From positions 3,814,389-3,878,388 of the forward strand of contig CM121343.1 in the NCBI GenBank assembly GCA_051530055.1: DNA of 64,000 nucleotides, read 5' to 3'. Below the pieces are notes generated by a model. It made no database searches, was not told the DNA's origin, and saw nothing but the letters and a program-made list of their open reading frames with translations. Position 1 is the first letter of the stretch, and each line of letters opens with the position of its first letter. The translations under genes were made by a program, and so were the position numbers. Below, one piece after another: positions 49,478-62,370 of this stretch. Source of the DNA: Neoechinorhynchus agilis (taxonomy: Eukaryota > Animalia > Acanthocephala).

Positions 49478-50599
49478 ATTTTTATTAGCAGTTATAGATT
49501 TCTTCAAACAAAAATGACTGATAATTTTCTAGACTCAACTTATAAGTTGTTTTAATCAAACAACAGTTTGCAGAGCATTGCTGTATTATCCAGAAGATCG
49601 TTTGCTTATGGTTTTGCGGCTGTATACGGTACAAGATTTCGACAAGGCAGCACTGCATGCAAAAGAATGTGTGTGTGTATGAAACGATGGCCTCAAACTT
49701 GTTTAATTTCGAGCAGTTGAAGTCTTTCCGTAACGCGCAAATGCGTGCATGTATTTGCTTTGCATATTAATAAGGCAGTACACCCGCCAATCAAATGACA
49801 GAACAAGTCAGAGCGTTTCATTAATTTATTCAAAATTGATTATGTTGTGTCTACCATTACGCGTAGAATTTGCTAGTTTTGAGCATTCAGGTCGCAATTT
49901 CTGATTCAAAGCACTAGACAACATGTTCTCATCTGCATTTCATTATCGTTCCACATTTTTAAGTCTGTTCTCCAATTTTTAAATAAAACTTAAAAACATT
50001 TATTCGAAACAAATGTAAAAAATTTAACCCCAAGTGACGAAATTTAAATTATTTTTAGATCTTTTTTTTACAAAATATAGCACAATAATTATTCTATCTG
50101 TATGTTTTTATTAATAATTACAAAGACTAATTGAAAGCGGTAAGATGAAAAGATGTGAACAGCTCTCAGCTGACAAAGCTCTCGAATTTCAATTATATCA
50201 GTAAGTCGCAGTAGAAAAAACATAAATATCGTAAAATCTAAGCTTAAGCACACATGCCGTTGTCATATTTGTCCCCGGATGGATTTTTTACTTTTATATC
50301 CCTAAACATCAATTATAGTGCTCAAAGTAATATTTCGCGCTTTAGTGGTATATGGTTCCAAACTTTAAGAATTTTTTAGTGTTTTATCATTTTAATCTGA
50401 TTCAATAAGAATGAATGCTAGTTTTAAGACGAATCAGTCAATAAATCGTTAGCTGTTTAGATGACAATAATTTTGTATCATCACAGTTACGCTTAATGCT
50501 TTGTACTTACCGAAAGATAACTACAAATTTTAATTCGGATTTAACGAATCATTTATTATCGATTTTAAATCTAAGATTTAAACTTCAACAAATCAACCT

Positions 50600-51217
50600 T
50601 TTAAAACTGAAAACATTGCTGCTAATCACTTATTTTAAAATATTTACAATATGCTTGAATTAATTGCCGAATTTCTTTGATTAAAATTTATTTAATGTGG
50701 TTTTTAGGTCTAACATTTAAATTGGCTTTTTAAGACTGAAAACATTGCTGCTGATCACTTATTTTAAAATATTCACAATATGCTTGAATCGATTGCCGAA
50801 TTGTTTTAATCAAAATTTATTTAGTGTGGTTTTTAGGTCTAACATTTAAATTGACTTTTTAAGACTGAACACATTGGTGCTAATCACTCATTTTAAAATA
50901 TTTACAATATGCTTGAATCGATTGCCGAATTGTTTTAATCAAAATTTATTTAGTGTGGTTTTTAATTCTAACATTTAAATTGACTTTTTAAGGCTGAAAA
51001 CATTGCTGCTGATCATTTATTTTAAAATATTGACAATATGCTTGAATCGATTGCCGAATTTCTTTTATTAAATTTTATTTAATGTGGTTTTTAGGTCTAA
51101 CATTTAAATTGACTTTTTAAGACTGAAAACATTGCTGCTAATCACTTATTTTAAAATATTTACAATATGCTTGAATTAATTGCCGAATTTCTTTGATTAA
51201 AATTTATTTAGTGTGGA
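50600..51217. repeat. AT-rich tandem repeat, 129-bp unit, about 4.8 copies
   Basis: CTGAA(A/C)ACATTG at 50607, 50736, 50865, 50994 and 51123. Confidence 0.95.
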
Positions 51218-51874
51218 CATCCAAAATTTGATACCCTGGAAATTTGAATATTAATGCTGCGATTGCTATAGTCATGCAGCAACTTTCATAATATGAGACG
51301 ATACGAATGATATGTAACACAAGTTATCAACGAATGGGATGATTGTCAGTTTACTTTTAATCCTATTAGATCGCTATAGCATTGTGGTTGTCAAAATAAT
51401 ACACAAGTTGAGAGCAAAGCAGCTCATATTTGCCATGTAACCGTATTTCAAATGCAAAGTAAAAAATATTTCGAGCTTAAATATTCTTCGAATGTCTTTG
51501 CGCACACAGATCAATTTAATTCTAATTGCTCGAATCATCTCACTCGCTTCGACGAATTATTATTTTTTTACGCACTTTTGTAAGAATTTCAAGAATTAAC
51601 TGGAAAACCCCAAATTATACAGTTACAGATCATAAATTTTCAGCGATTTTGAAGAATGATCAACTATTTACATGTATATAAAGATGCAAAAACCCATGAT
51701 GGTCTTTTTGCTATCGTCGATAAATCTATATTTAATACATGTTTTCCGTGAAATATAGAAATTTGACCAATTGGCTTACCTAAATCTTTTCTATTTTATA
51801 CCAAATTTTATTTTTTGTCGATTGTTGTAAAGTACGTTAGATTATTCATTTTCGTTTGCTTCTAATAGAAATAT

Positions 51875-52470
51875 TTAACGATTGAATTGTTCATGTTTGT
51901 TTATGTCGGAAAATTGAAGGAATTTTACTTGTATTTTCCTCTATAAACAACCTTAATAAAGGCATAGGATTGTGCCGAAATATCGTACCTAATAAAATTC
52001 CTTCAGTTTTCCGCCGCAAACAAACACACAGAAATTTCATGGCGGAAAATTGAAGGAATTTAATTAAATCCAACATTTCGGCACAATCTTATGCATTTAT
52101 CATAGTCGTTTGCGACTTTTCTTTTATATGTAAACTAGCATACACAAACTAGCTAAAAGCATAAGATTGTGTTTGAAGATTGAACTGTTCGTATGGTGGT
52201 TATGGGGCGAAAAAGTTGAAGATTTTTAAAATCCGATTGGTTTCGGCACAATCTTGTACGCCTTTTGGTCAAGGTTGCTTATAAGCTTTTTAAATAATTT
52301 AAAAGTTTACAAGCAACTTTGATAAACGCGTACAAGATTGCCGAAATCAATCGGATTTTAAAATTAAAATCATTTCAACTTCTTCGCCATCAAAGAACCT
52401 ACGCAGAAAATTGTGCCGTTCAATTTTCCGCCATATAAAAACATGAACAAATTCAATCTGCATACAGATA
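51875..52470. mobile_element. Cluster of nested or adjacent family A fold-back elements
   Basis: Several inverted pairs (TTTCGGCACAATCTTGTACGC / GCGTACAAGATTG.CCGAAA; GGCGGAAAATTGAA / TTCAATTTTCCGCC) and the CGCCATATAAAAACATGAACAA end shared with 1820-1844. Confidence 0.75.
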
Positions 52471-52919
52471 TAGAAATGTTTGTAACTCGTGGATATAATG
52501 AAATAAATCTTATTGTTAAACATTAATCTATTCGTTCCCTTATTTAAGAATTATGTTACGATTTTCAAATTTTTCACATGTTGTATAAATATAGGATTTC
52601 AAAATGTAGCTGGCAAGTGCCTTCAAAAACTAGCTGAAAAAAAATATTTTCAACTATTGAGGATGAACCCAGCAAGATCAATGATGAAATTAATCATAGT
52701 TTTTAATGTTTGGACTCGTGCCACAATGCAATCGTTGGGATAAATGTAACTGCGAATTCGTGTCTTAGAAAATAATGACCATTTATTGCTTTTCCACAAC
52801 GGCCGTAAAACTAGAAACACCAGGTTTCAACCACCAACCTTCCTAATCTGATTGGATATTTCCCCGTCCGACCGGACCTGTTATAGACTTCAAAATCAAC
52901 TGCCACATTCATTTAAAAA

Positions 52920-53060
52920 ATCATCATTCACACCACCGTCCTTCTGGATCACTCTGCTGCCTTAGTGGTGTAACGGTCGAAAGGACGGATGCAGCGTTCC
53001 CTCCCCGTTGAACAGTCAGACTTATGTTTTGTAGGAGGAATGCTCCTGATCTCGGATCGC
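52920..53060 (-). mobile_element. CRE-clade 3' remnant
   Basis: GDPRSGAFLLQNISLTVQRGGNAASVLST. Confidence 0.75.
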
Positions 53061-53739
53061 CAGACAACAACAGTCAATACTTATTTTATAGGTCACAGAG
53101 CTTTAAGTTGCCCCAGTAATTGCATTTTACGTTTCGTACCACTTTTGCTGCGATAAATAACAAATTAATCGTTATATTTCAACTATTGCAATCAATATGT
53201 TTTAAGTAAGTCCTCTACGAGGGTCTTCTTCACAATTGTTTCTAGGTTTTTGTAACGTAGTTCTTAATTCCCATGTAGAGGACTCTTTACTTCGCCTTGA
53301 CGAAAATAATTTATGGATAACATCTTTACAGTGGAACTGAATTCCGCAATGAGTGATTTTACCGCAAACGATGAGATAAAAAAATAACTAAGGTACCAAA
53401 CACGTAGAAATTATTGTGCCTTTGCTTTGACTTAATTATGTACATTTTTCATCATTATATAGCCAATCATGTTGCAAGAACATCGGGCAATGAAGGAACT
53501 ACGATATTTCGGTGTTTCAAAGGTGCATTGTATTGTTCTATACATTAATTCAAGCCGTAAAGATTCTGATACGTGGCTTCATCGTTGGGGGCGAAATCTT
53601 CGGTTGATGCTAAAAGTCGAACAGCTCCGCGGATGTCTCCATCAGATAATTTTGCCGAAACTCGCTCGTTTAAAGGGCGGATTTTGTGGAAACTCTTAGA
53701 AGTTATAGTGGGTTTAGGGTAGGATGAGACAAAAAGCCT

Positions 53740-54270
53740 TTCAAAAACACTCTCAAATTCAAGGAGTTTCTTTTTTTATAGAATCCGTTAAGTTTCCCGG
53801 ATTAAACCCTTGAATGTTCAAAACCAGGCGAGGGAAGGCGTATAGTTTCAACCAATTCATGTCCTCTAGGCTGTCAACGCAACTATTCAAAAGAGCAGAG
53901 TATTTAAACGCAACTTGAAACAGTACGAGGTGGGAACGTATGGAGCCTGCTGCTGGGAATTCGGAGGTGCGTTGAACTCGATATTGGCGTCCTGGGCTAG
54001 TCGGTCGATGTGAATAACGAGATACTCGACGTCCAAAGGTTTGCTTATGACTGCCTGTTGATCCCAAAGAAGACTTGGTTTTCCGGAACCTGGGCGGTTC
54101 GAAAGTCCTTTGGGAGGTTCCGCATTGAGCCTTTGCAATTTGTAGATCGCAGAATCGGGAATGCTCACTTGCTTGCGGGCGGAGCGAGCAGGCGCGGCGG
54201 TTGTCGTATCGGCGGTGGTAGCTTCAGCGGTGTGTAGGGACGTCATTAACTGCGCCGTATCCATCGCGTA
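53740..54270 (-). mobile_element. Probable N-terminal ORF remnant of a CRE-like element
   Basis: GC-richer frameshifted coding segment with LLNSCV..MNWLKLYAFPRLVL, resembling the pre-RT region of CRE elements as I recall it. Confidence 0.45.
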
Positions 54271-54399
54271 AGTTTTCGAAGTTTTAGGATCAATCCAGTT
54301 TTTGCATACACAATATTTAGTTCGTATTGGCTGAACGATTGTCAAACCACCAATGTTTTCGCAACCTAGCGTTGCAGCAGAGGTGACAAACGGCCACCC

Positions 54400-54820
54400 G
54401 ATCAATCTGCCTTCATCTTCGATCCTTCGACCGTTGCTCCGGACGACCAAGTGACGGAATTAATGGATACGGACGAAAACATGGGTGGACCTTTCATTTC
54501 TGAAGTGCGTCATGAACACCTCGGGAATATACAACAAAAACCTCAAGATCGTGCGAATTCAAGCGATTCGCAGTACCTCGATACCCCAGTAAACAAATGG
54601 CCATCTCGATCTCAATAACGACGAACCCTATTCCACCCAGGGAATCCCTTCACAAGACTTACGTTGCTCCGTGGCTAAAATCACTCAAAGGCGATTACAA
54701 TCGTATTAAATCAATTTCGTTCTATGGTAGAGTTTTGAAAATTCACTTCATCTCCGATTTATTTAGAAAACAATTCGGGAGTCTACGTTCATCGTTTCCG
54801 GCCTCTCGCTGGAGATAGAT
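54400..54820 (+). mobile_element. gag-like ORF1 remnant, left part
   Basis: NKWP(frameshift)ISITTNPIPPRES..PWLKSL..RIKSISFYGRVLKIHF aligns by eye with RWPHILTFTTNPILPKD..KWARSF..RIHHITYFAGIMKIYL (11103-11537). Confidence 0.55.
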
Positions 54821-56452
54821 AATAAAGACAGGCTCGCTTTCGAGGAGAATTTCGGATGTAAGCTGTTATTCTTCTTAAAGTCTTTACGAAGTGGGAAACT
54901 TATACATTCCAAAATTAACTATGCAATCACCACCGTCCGCAAAATCTTAGCTTCTTTCCTTACTCGGCTGTCGCTATCACGCTAGCAGCATTGCCTCGTT
55001 GTACTGCGAGCGAGATATTTTGTCGCAGGAATACACCTGCTCGTGCGTCACCGGTCGTTTCTCTCAATTTCCTTGAGAGATCTTGGAGCAGAGTGAGTTC
55101 CGAGCTACTAAGCGCTCCATACGTCTCTACTCCGAAGGGGACAAAATAGTGGGCCCTTGCTAATTCTCTATATTTTCGTACCTTCCTCCCTTCCGCTGAA
55201 CTGGCTACACCTTTAGGGATTTCGAGAGAGTAAGGAATGTTGCTTACTGCGAGGGTGTCCACACACGTGGCGTCCCGGAGAAGGCATTTGCCCTCCCGCC
55301 ACGGAAAGACCGAAATTCCGTCAGGCCGACGACCGTCTAGTCGACAAAGATGGGCGGGTTCCAAGATGTTAGGGAAGTTCACCGTTCTCAACGCCCGAGG
55401 AAATTACGCTATTGATCTCAGAATGGCGTGAACCTTCCCTTTGACTTTCGGCAAACGAGACCGTATTGCCCGAAAGCATCAACCAAAGACCCACATGGAC
55501 AGCGATGGGGCGTGCATATCCGAAGACCAAGTTTTAAGGACACTGCGATCCTCGTTACCTCATCAGTGAGAAGAGTTTCCAAAGATGCCAGAGGAACAGC
55601 CTCCAACCACGCCCCCGATTCTCGTGTCGAAACTGCCAACAATCTAGCTGGGACGGCCCCATCGCGAGAACCTGAAAGTTGAGAGCTGTGAGCTCTCGCG
55701 GCGAGAGGTCTGTTCCAGATAGACTGTCTGAGGCTCACTATTCTGCAACTGTCACCACAAAGTCTTGGGCAAGAGAAAACCTTTCCCTCAAAATTTTCTT
55801 CGCTATAGATTGATTCCCTTCATACGATCCAAGAAAGGCTGGCAAGGTCTACTAGCACCCGAATGCCCAATCCCCCAGATGACACAGGCAATGAACCTTG
55901 TCGCCACGCTTCATCTGGGAGCTTGGGCGCCAATCCTTCCTTATGTTTGAAGAATGTTGTTGTGCGGAACTTATATAACAATTTGGGGATAAAGAGTGCG
56001 TTCTTTATCAGAAATAACGCTTCGTGAGAAGAGAGCGCTAACCCTATCGCACAGCAACGAAAGTTTCGGTATGATACGGCCGATCTCAACTTCCACATTT
56101 GAATCAAAGACGCAACTACCCAGGAGGCTGAGTTGCTCTGGAGTCACGAGTTTCAGACCTGGAGCTACGGCCTCGAACCCATCCATTAGGCCCTGGACTT
56201 CGGCGGCGTCTTCGATATTTAATAGTAGAAGCTCACACTTTCCAGCATTGGGTTCAATGCCCATTCTCGAGGTCTCCCTAATCAGCGTCTCCAAATCGCG
56301 CAGTACAACGGAGGGATCACCTTCGAGTGCAGCGTCATCCAAGTACCAAGCGTTGAAGCTGGAATGGAGAGAGTGCGCTATTGGATTTACTGTTTGGGAG
56401 AATGCGATTGGACCGAGAGGATCTCTTTGTTGCACTTGCTGGAACTCAGCCA

Positions 56453-56730
56453 TTTCAAAATAAAGTGATAGAAGTCGAGGGATCTCCGAGTGAGTGGCAA
56501 ATTAGCACGACTGTACTATGCGGAAAAGGAAGGGAAATCCGGCCGAATGCAAAAATTACCGATCCCACACTATGAAAATCTATGAACGAATTATCGAAGC
56601 GCGCATCCGTTATATTGTTGAAATCAGCACCAATCAAACAGGTTTCGTGAAGGGCTGTGTAGCATAGTCGATGCGATTCATGAGAAATATCGTGAGAGAA
56701 ACCTACCGATCCACGCAACTATTTACAAAA
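56453..56730 (+). mobile_element. RTE-clade RT fragment within the insertion
   Basis: EGSPSEWQ..HTMKIYERIIEARIR..ISTNQTGF..DAIH..EKYRE..PIH matches RTE RT motifs. Confidence 0.7.
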
Positions 56731-57319
56731 CGATATCTTCAAATCCACAATTACGCATTTTGTGATCAAGGAACGCACCAACATTTTAAGAGTAATAACG
56801 ACCAAATTAGATAAAATAACAACAACATTCTTACTTTTTATGGATTGTTAATCAAAATCAATAGCAAACCTAGTTGAGATGCCAGAATCACCCTGCGTAA
56901 CTACAGTATATGAATTTCCTATTCCTTACTAACTTGAGACAAATTAACCGAAGTATTTGCGGTTGCACATATTGTTGCTTTGGATAAGCCTCGATTTTAA
57001 CGTTTGTTTTGGTTTAAAGCGTCCTCTTCGTGGTATAAGTTTGTTTATGCTTCGAATTTACGAGCTAAGATATGAAGTAACTGGGCAGCGTGATACAAAT
57101 CTATCGCACTCCTGTTAGATACACCCCTTGAACAATGTATCCTTGTAGTTATAAGAAAGCATTTGAAGGGACTTCAATAGATATAATCGGTCGCAAACAG
57201 TAAAAGGTGAAATCATAAAAAAATTATGCCATCATATTTATATTTTAAAATATGATTTATAAAACAAGAAGAACATTTCTAATCGATTTGAATCATCTCA
57301 TTGGCGCCTAACGTCATAG

Positions 57320-57625
57320 ACTTTCGACTTTCCACGAATGCAACAAATGTTGTTGGTGGAAGAGTCGGTAAAGAGTATTGTGGCCATTAGAAATTCGGGC
57401 ACTAAATTGCAACTTCTAATTCTCGTATTCTTCCCATGCAGCCTTCCTCTCATCCTCCGTAAGTTTCTCCTCCGTTCTTTGTTTAAGGAAAGAGTCGTGT
57501 TCGTGATACCCATATATCCACTTTTGCGAGCATCGCAAAAGTTCGGCCAGAACGATATCCTTAGGCAAAATTGGAGTGGGTTGAGTATCGCCTTCGTATG
57601 ACCACAAATCGATTTCGTTTTTGTA
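57320..57625 (-). pseudogene. ATRX: ATRX/XNP C-terminal fragment
   Basis: TPILPKDIVLAELL..WIYGYHEHDSFL..EEKLTEDERKAAWEEYE matches the conserved ATRX post-helicase motif PKD.ILAELL..YHEHDSLL..LTEEERKAAWAEYE; in-frame TAG at 57416-57418. Confidence 0.88.
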
Positions 57626-58479
57626 AGCCAGGTGGTCTTCGTAAAGCAAAGGAGTCTCGGTCCCGTAGGCATTGAGAAAATACTGGAAGGCTTCTGGTGC
57701 GTGATCCATAATAGCGCAGAACATGCTTTCTCTATTGAGAGAGTTAAAGGCATTCTGAAAATCACACTTAAGAATCACGCACGGCTTTGAACTCTTCGTA
57801 GTAAAGCTTCGGAGAGCGTGGACGATAGCTTCCGCCCCCCAGGATGTGCAGCAGCCAAGTTGGACTGGGCGAAGTTGCTGCCCGGTTTTCTCTGTGATAC
57901 GTTTAAAGAGAATTTTTCCTGCAAGTGGGCGTATCGTCGAAGATACGGTGATGGGACGAATCCCATCTTCTTTTTTGTGAGGTCACATAATGATACTTCG
58001 AAAAATAGGTTTTTTGCAACGGGATTCAGGTCCTCTCCTGTCAGGCGGTCGACTAACCGAGAAAGCGCACTTTCTAGAGAGCTGCTTCACTAGCTATAGA
58101 GGACACCATGTCCTTTAGGTGCTGAGGCCTTAGCCCGTCAAGCCCATGGCCCGATCCATTTGCAAAAGATGATATGGCCATTTTTAACTCTAAAATTTGA
58201 GTGGGTGTCCTGTTTTGTATGGGAGGAGGTGGAATTTCAAAACTGCCACTACTGCATGGGTGTTTTGACCGGAATATTTGTAGTGCCGTGTTGTCTCCTT
58301 GTGCAAAACTGTCGGAGGATGACAATAACTGAACAACCCCCGAACATCTCCGTCCGTAAGTCTTTGAAAAACGGCAACGAAACCCTTCCTTCGTGCGTCC
58401 CTCACGAACCTCGCGAAATTTCATTTCGGTTCCTCGGGCAGTGGTTAAAGCACCTGTTCATGTTCGGGACAAGCTAACA

Positions 58480-58875
58480 ACATCTCCCTGCTCCTTTCAA
58501 TCTATGGAAGTAAAATTCTTTATGAACCAAATTTCACAGCAAGATGACTATACCTACCCAAGATGCAACACTTGTCAAAAATGGGGACATGGTGCTCAAA
58601 AATGCCCTTCGAAAAGGATTTTCTGCGCATTTTGCGCACAAGAGCACCATTCGTCCGCCTGTCCAAAGATAGCTAAACAATGCGCAAATGGTGGGTCTAC
58701 TGGTCACTGCGCAATTGCCAAGACATGTGCATCGTTCAAGGATTGCATCAAATGGGCCGGCGATAATTCGAAAAAGATAATCCAACGCAGCAAGATAGCT
58801 CAAGCCGCTCGACTTACCGTTCTTGCTTCGATGACGGCGAATCCAGGTTCTGCGGGCGTATCACCTTCCAATTAA
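58480..58875 (+). mobile_element. gag-like ORF1 remnant, zinc-knuckle part
   Basis: QDDYTYPRCNTCQKWGHGAQKCP..CAFCAQEHHSSAC..: tandem CCHC knuckles, homologous to the minus-strand knuckle near 10800. Confidence 0.8.
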
Positions 58876-60744
58876 AAAACTCACCTCGACACCTCTGGCC
58901 CATTGGAAGCAAGGCTCAAAGAGTTCTCGACGAACATTCTAAGCTTACTAGAAAAAGGATCAATAACGCAATCCAAGGCTTAGATAGAAGACTGAGAGCA
59001 CATTTCGATGCGTTAGTCAATTCCATAAAAATGAACCTATCTGGTTTAATAAAAAAGCGACGTACCGACTCCAGAGGTACCAGCCAAAAGGGACTGTCTT
59101 CATCTTTCCCCGAATGGCAAGACTGACACTCCGATGATGGTCAATGATGTTCCGGCTCTTTACAATGATGAATATTTACGTCAAATCATTGATGAGCAGA
59201 AGCAGATAATCGCCGACGGAACCCATAAAATGATATCAAAGCGTCCAAACGTAAGGCCAGAGCACGATGAGCCTCAGGTTAGTGAAGAAGACAATTGTAC
59301 AAAACTTGAACTTAACAAAACAAAAAATCGCTCTTCTGCTAAAAATATAAACGACAAATGAAGATGGAAAAACTCAGACACCAATTGCATAAATACGGGC
59401 CATCAGTTTACGACGAACGTAGTGCAAACGAGAAGATAAGAAAGTTGAGATGTTCTTTGTCGACGAAAGATATTCTGAATCCGAGATCGGGAAATCTTGT
59501 CCGTATTACGAGATACCCGGCGGGCTCAGGATAGGATCTTGGCGAGTTTTGAGTGTTACGTTAGAGTTTTATTAACTTACCCCAATATCTCGACTAAATT
59601 ACAATTTGTGACTAATTTCCCAAGAAATAGCGGTGGATATTGTTCATTGATTTTAATGATACCGTTTTTTTGATACTTTCGGGTCAGTGACGGTTTAAGA
59701 AGGGAAAAGTGTCCTTTGTACGCGAAATTCGGAAAGAAACTTTTTCTACGTGGAAAACAAATTTTCACTTGGCTTTGGAAGCTCATTTTCCATGGACAGT
59801 TTTATGTTGGTTTGGAATTTGCTAGACGTGGCTGCTATTCTCTTATTTACGATTAAAATTCACTCTAGTCGTTAGGTTTTTTTGCCGCGTTCACTCGTTC
59901 ACATATTTTTTTGAATTTGGGAAGTTTTAGGCCGATAAGCCATTATCGATTAGTGCTAATCACGATCGTATCATATAGTTCAATATTCGCATCAAAAATT
60001 AATCTTTTATCCGATCGTCGATTAATCGAACGAAGTTTTACAACATTTATGTCGTCCAAATATTTAAAGCCTTTACTTTGTTCAAGAGTCATTGCAGATT
60101 GTAGCTTCAGTAAATTCACTGCTAAATACTCGCGAATCTAAAAGTGTTTCAAGGAAAATCATTGATCAATATAACAAAAAGTATTTTTTTTATTCCGAGA
60201 GCAATCAGGACAGACCATCGTTTCATTGATCATTTTGAAAAGACTTTTCATCGCAATGTTGGAGTTGAACGATTAGTCCGGACAAATCGTGTCCATCAAG
60301 TAACATTTTTCCTCCAGATCTGCCCGTAGATACTTTTTTTCCTCTGGAGTGGAGATTTATGGAATGAAGATTATCCTCAAGGACCCTCGATAGGCTAAAA
60401 TATTGCAATCCAACGAGTAGACGCCTGTAGCTTAATGCGTTTTATTAATGAACAAGTAAGCAGGGCTCGAACGTTGTATTAAATTTTTTAAAGGTTTAAA
60501 GGCATTGCATGTATCCCATTAAAAAACTAACGGTTGCTTGTGATCCGGAAAATATTTGCGCTGAATAATTCAACTGTTATATCCTTCGAACATATTTGCA
60601 CATATATAATTAAAAAACATTTTAAGTAATATTTGATGGTGTTTTGGCGTCGAGAAACGGCGCGATATGAAAGAGGATATGTGAGATTGACTCACCGTAC
60701 TTTGTGATTTGGAAGCAGCCTCGAATACAGTCAAATCACCGGTT

Positions 60745-62370
60745 AATTGGGCCGGCCCCTCATTAGGACCAAATTCTAAAGAACCAAAACAAATGGGCCC
60801 CTCATTTGGACCAAATTTTAAATAACGAAAACAAATAGGCCTCTCATAAGGACCAAATTTTAAATGACGAAAACAAATGGGCCTTTCATTTGGATCAAAT
60901 TCTAAAGAATCAAAACAAATAGGCCTCTCATTAGGACCAAATTCTAAAGAACCAAAACAAATGGGCCCCTCATTTGGACCAAATTTTAAATAACGAAAAC
61001 AAATAGGCCTCTCATTAGGACCAAATTTTAAATGACGAAAACAAATGGGCTTCTCATTTGGCTCAAATTCTAAAGAATCAAAACAAATAGGCCTCTCATT
61101 TGGACCAAGTTCTAAAGAACCAAAACAAATGGGCCCCTCATTAGGACCAAATTTTAAATGACGAAAACAAATGGGCCTCTCATTTGGACCAAATTCTAAA
61201 GAACCAAAACAAATGGGCCCCTCATTAGGACCAAATTTTAAATGACGAAAACAAATGAGCCTCTCATTAGGACCAAATTTTAAAGAATCAAAACAAATGG
61301 GCCCATCATTTGGACCAAATTCAAAAGAACTAAAACAAATGGGCCCCTCATTAGGACCAAATTTTAAATAACGAAAACAAATCAGCCCCTCATTAGGACC
61401 AAATTTTAAAGAATCAAAACAAATGGGACCCTTGTTAGGACCAAATTCAAAAGAACCAAAACAAATGGGTCTCTCATTTGGACCAAATTCTAAAGAACCA
61501 AAACAAATGGGCTCCTCATTAGGATCAAATTTTAAATAACGAAAACAAATAGGCCTCTCATTAGGACCAAGTTTTAAATGACGAAAACAAATGGGCCTCT
61601 CATTTGGATCAAATTCTAAAAAATCAAAACAAATGGGCCCCTCATTGGGACCAAATGTTAAATAACGAAAACAAATGGGCCCCTCATTAGGACCAAATTT
61701 TAAAGAATCAAAACAAATGGGACCCTCGTTAGGACCAAATTCAAAAGAACCAAAACAAATGGGCCTCTCATTTGGACCAAATTCTAAAGAACCAAAACAA
61801 ATGGGCCCTTCATTAGGACCAAATTCTAAAGAACCAAAACAAATGGGCCCCTCATTAGGACCGAATTTTAAAGAATCAAAACAAATGGGCCTCTCATTTG
61901 GACCAAGTTCTAAAGAATCAAAACAAATGGGCTAATAATTTGGACCAAATTCAAAGGAACCAAAATAAATGGGCCTCTCATTAGGACCAAATTCTAAAGA
62001 ATAAAAACAAACGTTACCCTCGTTAGGACCAAATTCTAAAGAACCAAAACAAATCGGCCCCTCACTTGGACCAAATTTTAAATAACGAAAACAAATAGGC
62101 CTCTCATTAGGACCAAATTTTAAATGACGAAAACAAATGGGCCTCGCATTTGGATCAAATTCTAAAGAATCAAAACAAATGGGCCCCTCATTAGGACCAA
62201 ATTCTAAAGAACCAAAACAAATGGGCCCCTCATTAGGACCGAATTTTAAATGACGAAAACAAATGGGCCCCTCATTTGGATCAAATTCTAAAGAATCAAA
62301 ACAAATGGGCCCATCATTTGGACCAAATTCAAAAGAACCAAAACAAATGGGCCTCCCATTAGGACCAAAA
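60745..62370. repeat. 42-bp tandem array, about 38-39 copies, no visible indels
   Basis: Consensus GGGCCCCTCATTAGGACCAAATTCTAAAGAACCAAAACAAAT. Confidence 0.97.

Larger units (their letters stand above)
54830..58440 (-). mobile_element. Degenerate CRE-clade (RLE-type) non-LTR retrotransposon, interrupted at 56453-57625
   Basis: SFANGSGHGLDGLRPQHLKD; LKCDFQNAFNSL; VQQRDPLGP..WYLDD; ESGAWLEAVP; CPCG..GLVC; RLE motif RPDG..PW..G..DATCVDTLA; QNISLAVQRGNAASV. Confidence 0.93.

Noticed and set aside
57320-57625. Exon of a functional ATRX gene with transposon-filled introns
   Set aside because: There is an in-frame TAG, no convincing splice sites, no other ATRX exons in the window, and the piece lies within a 5-bp-duplication-flanked insert that splits an RT. 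Provisional until the parental locus is found.
60745-62370. Plus-strand MGPSLGPNSKEPKQ repeat protein
   Set aside because: More than a dozen in-frame TAA/TGA codons are spread through the array.
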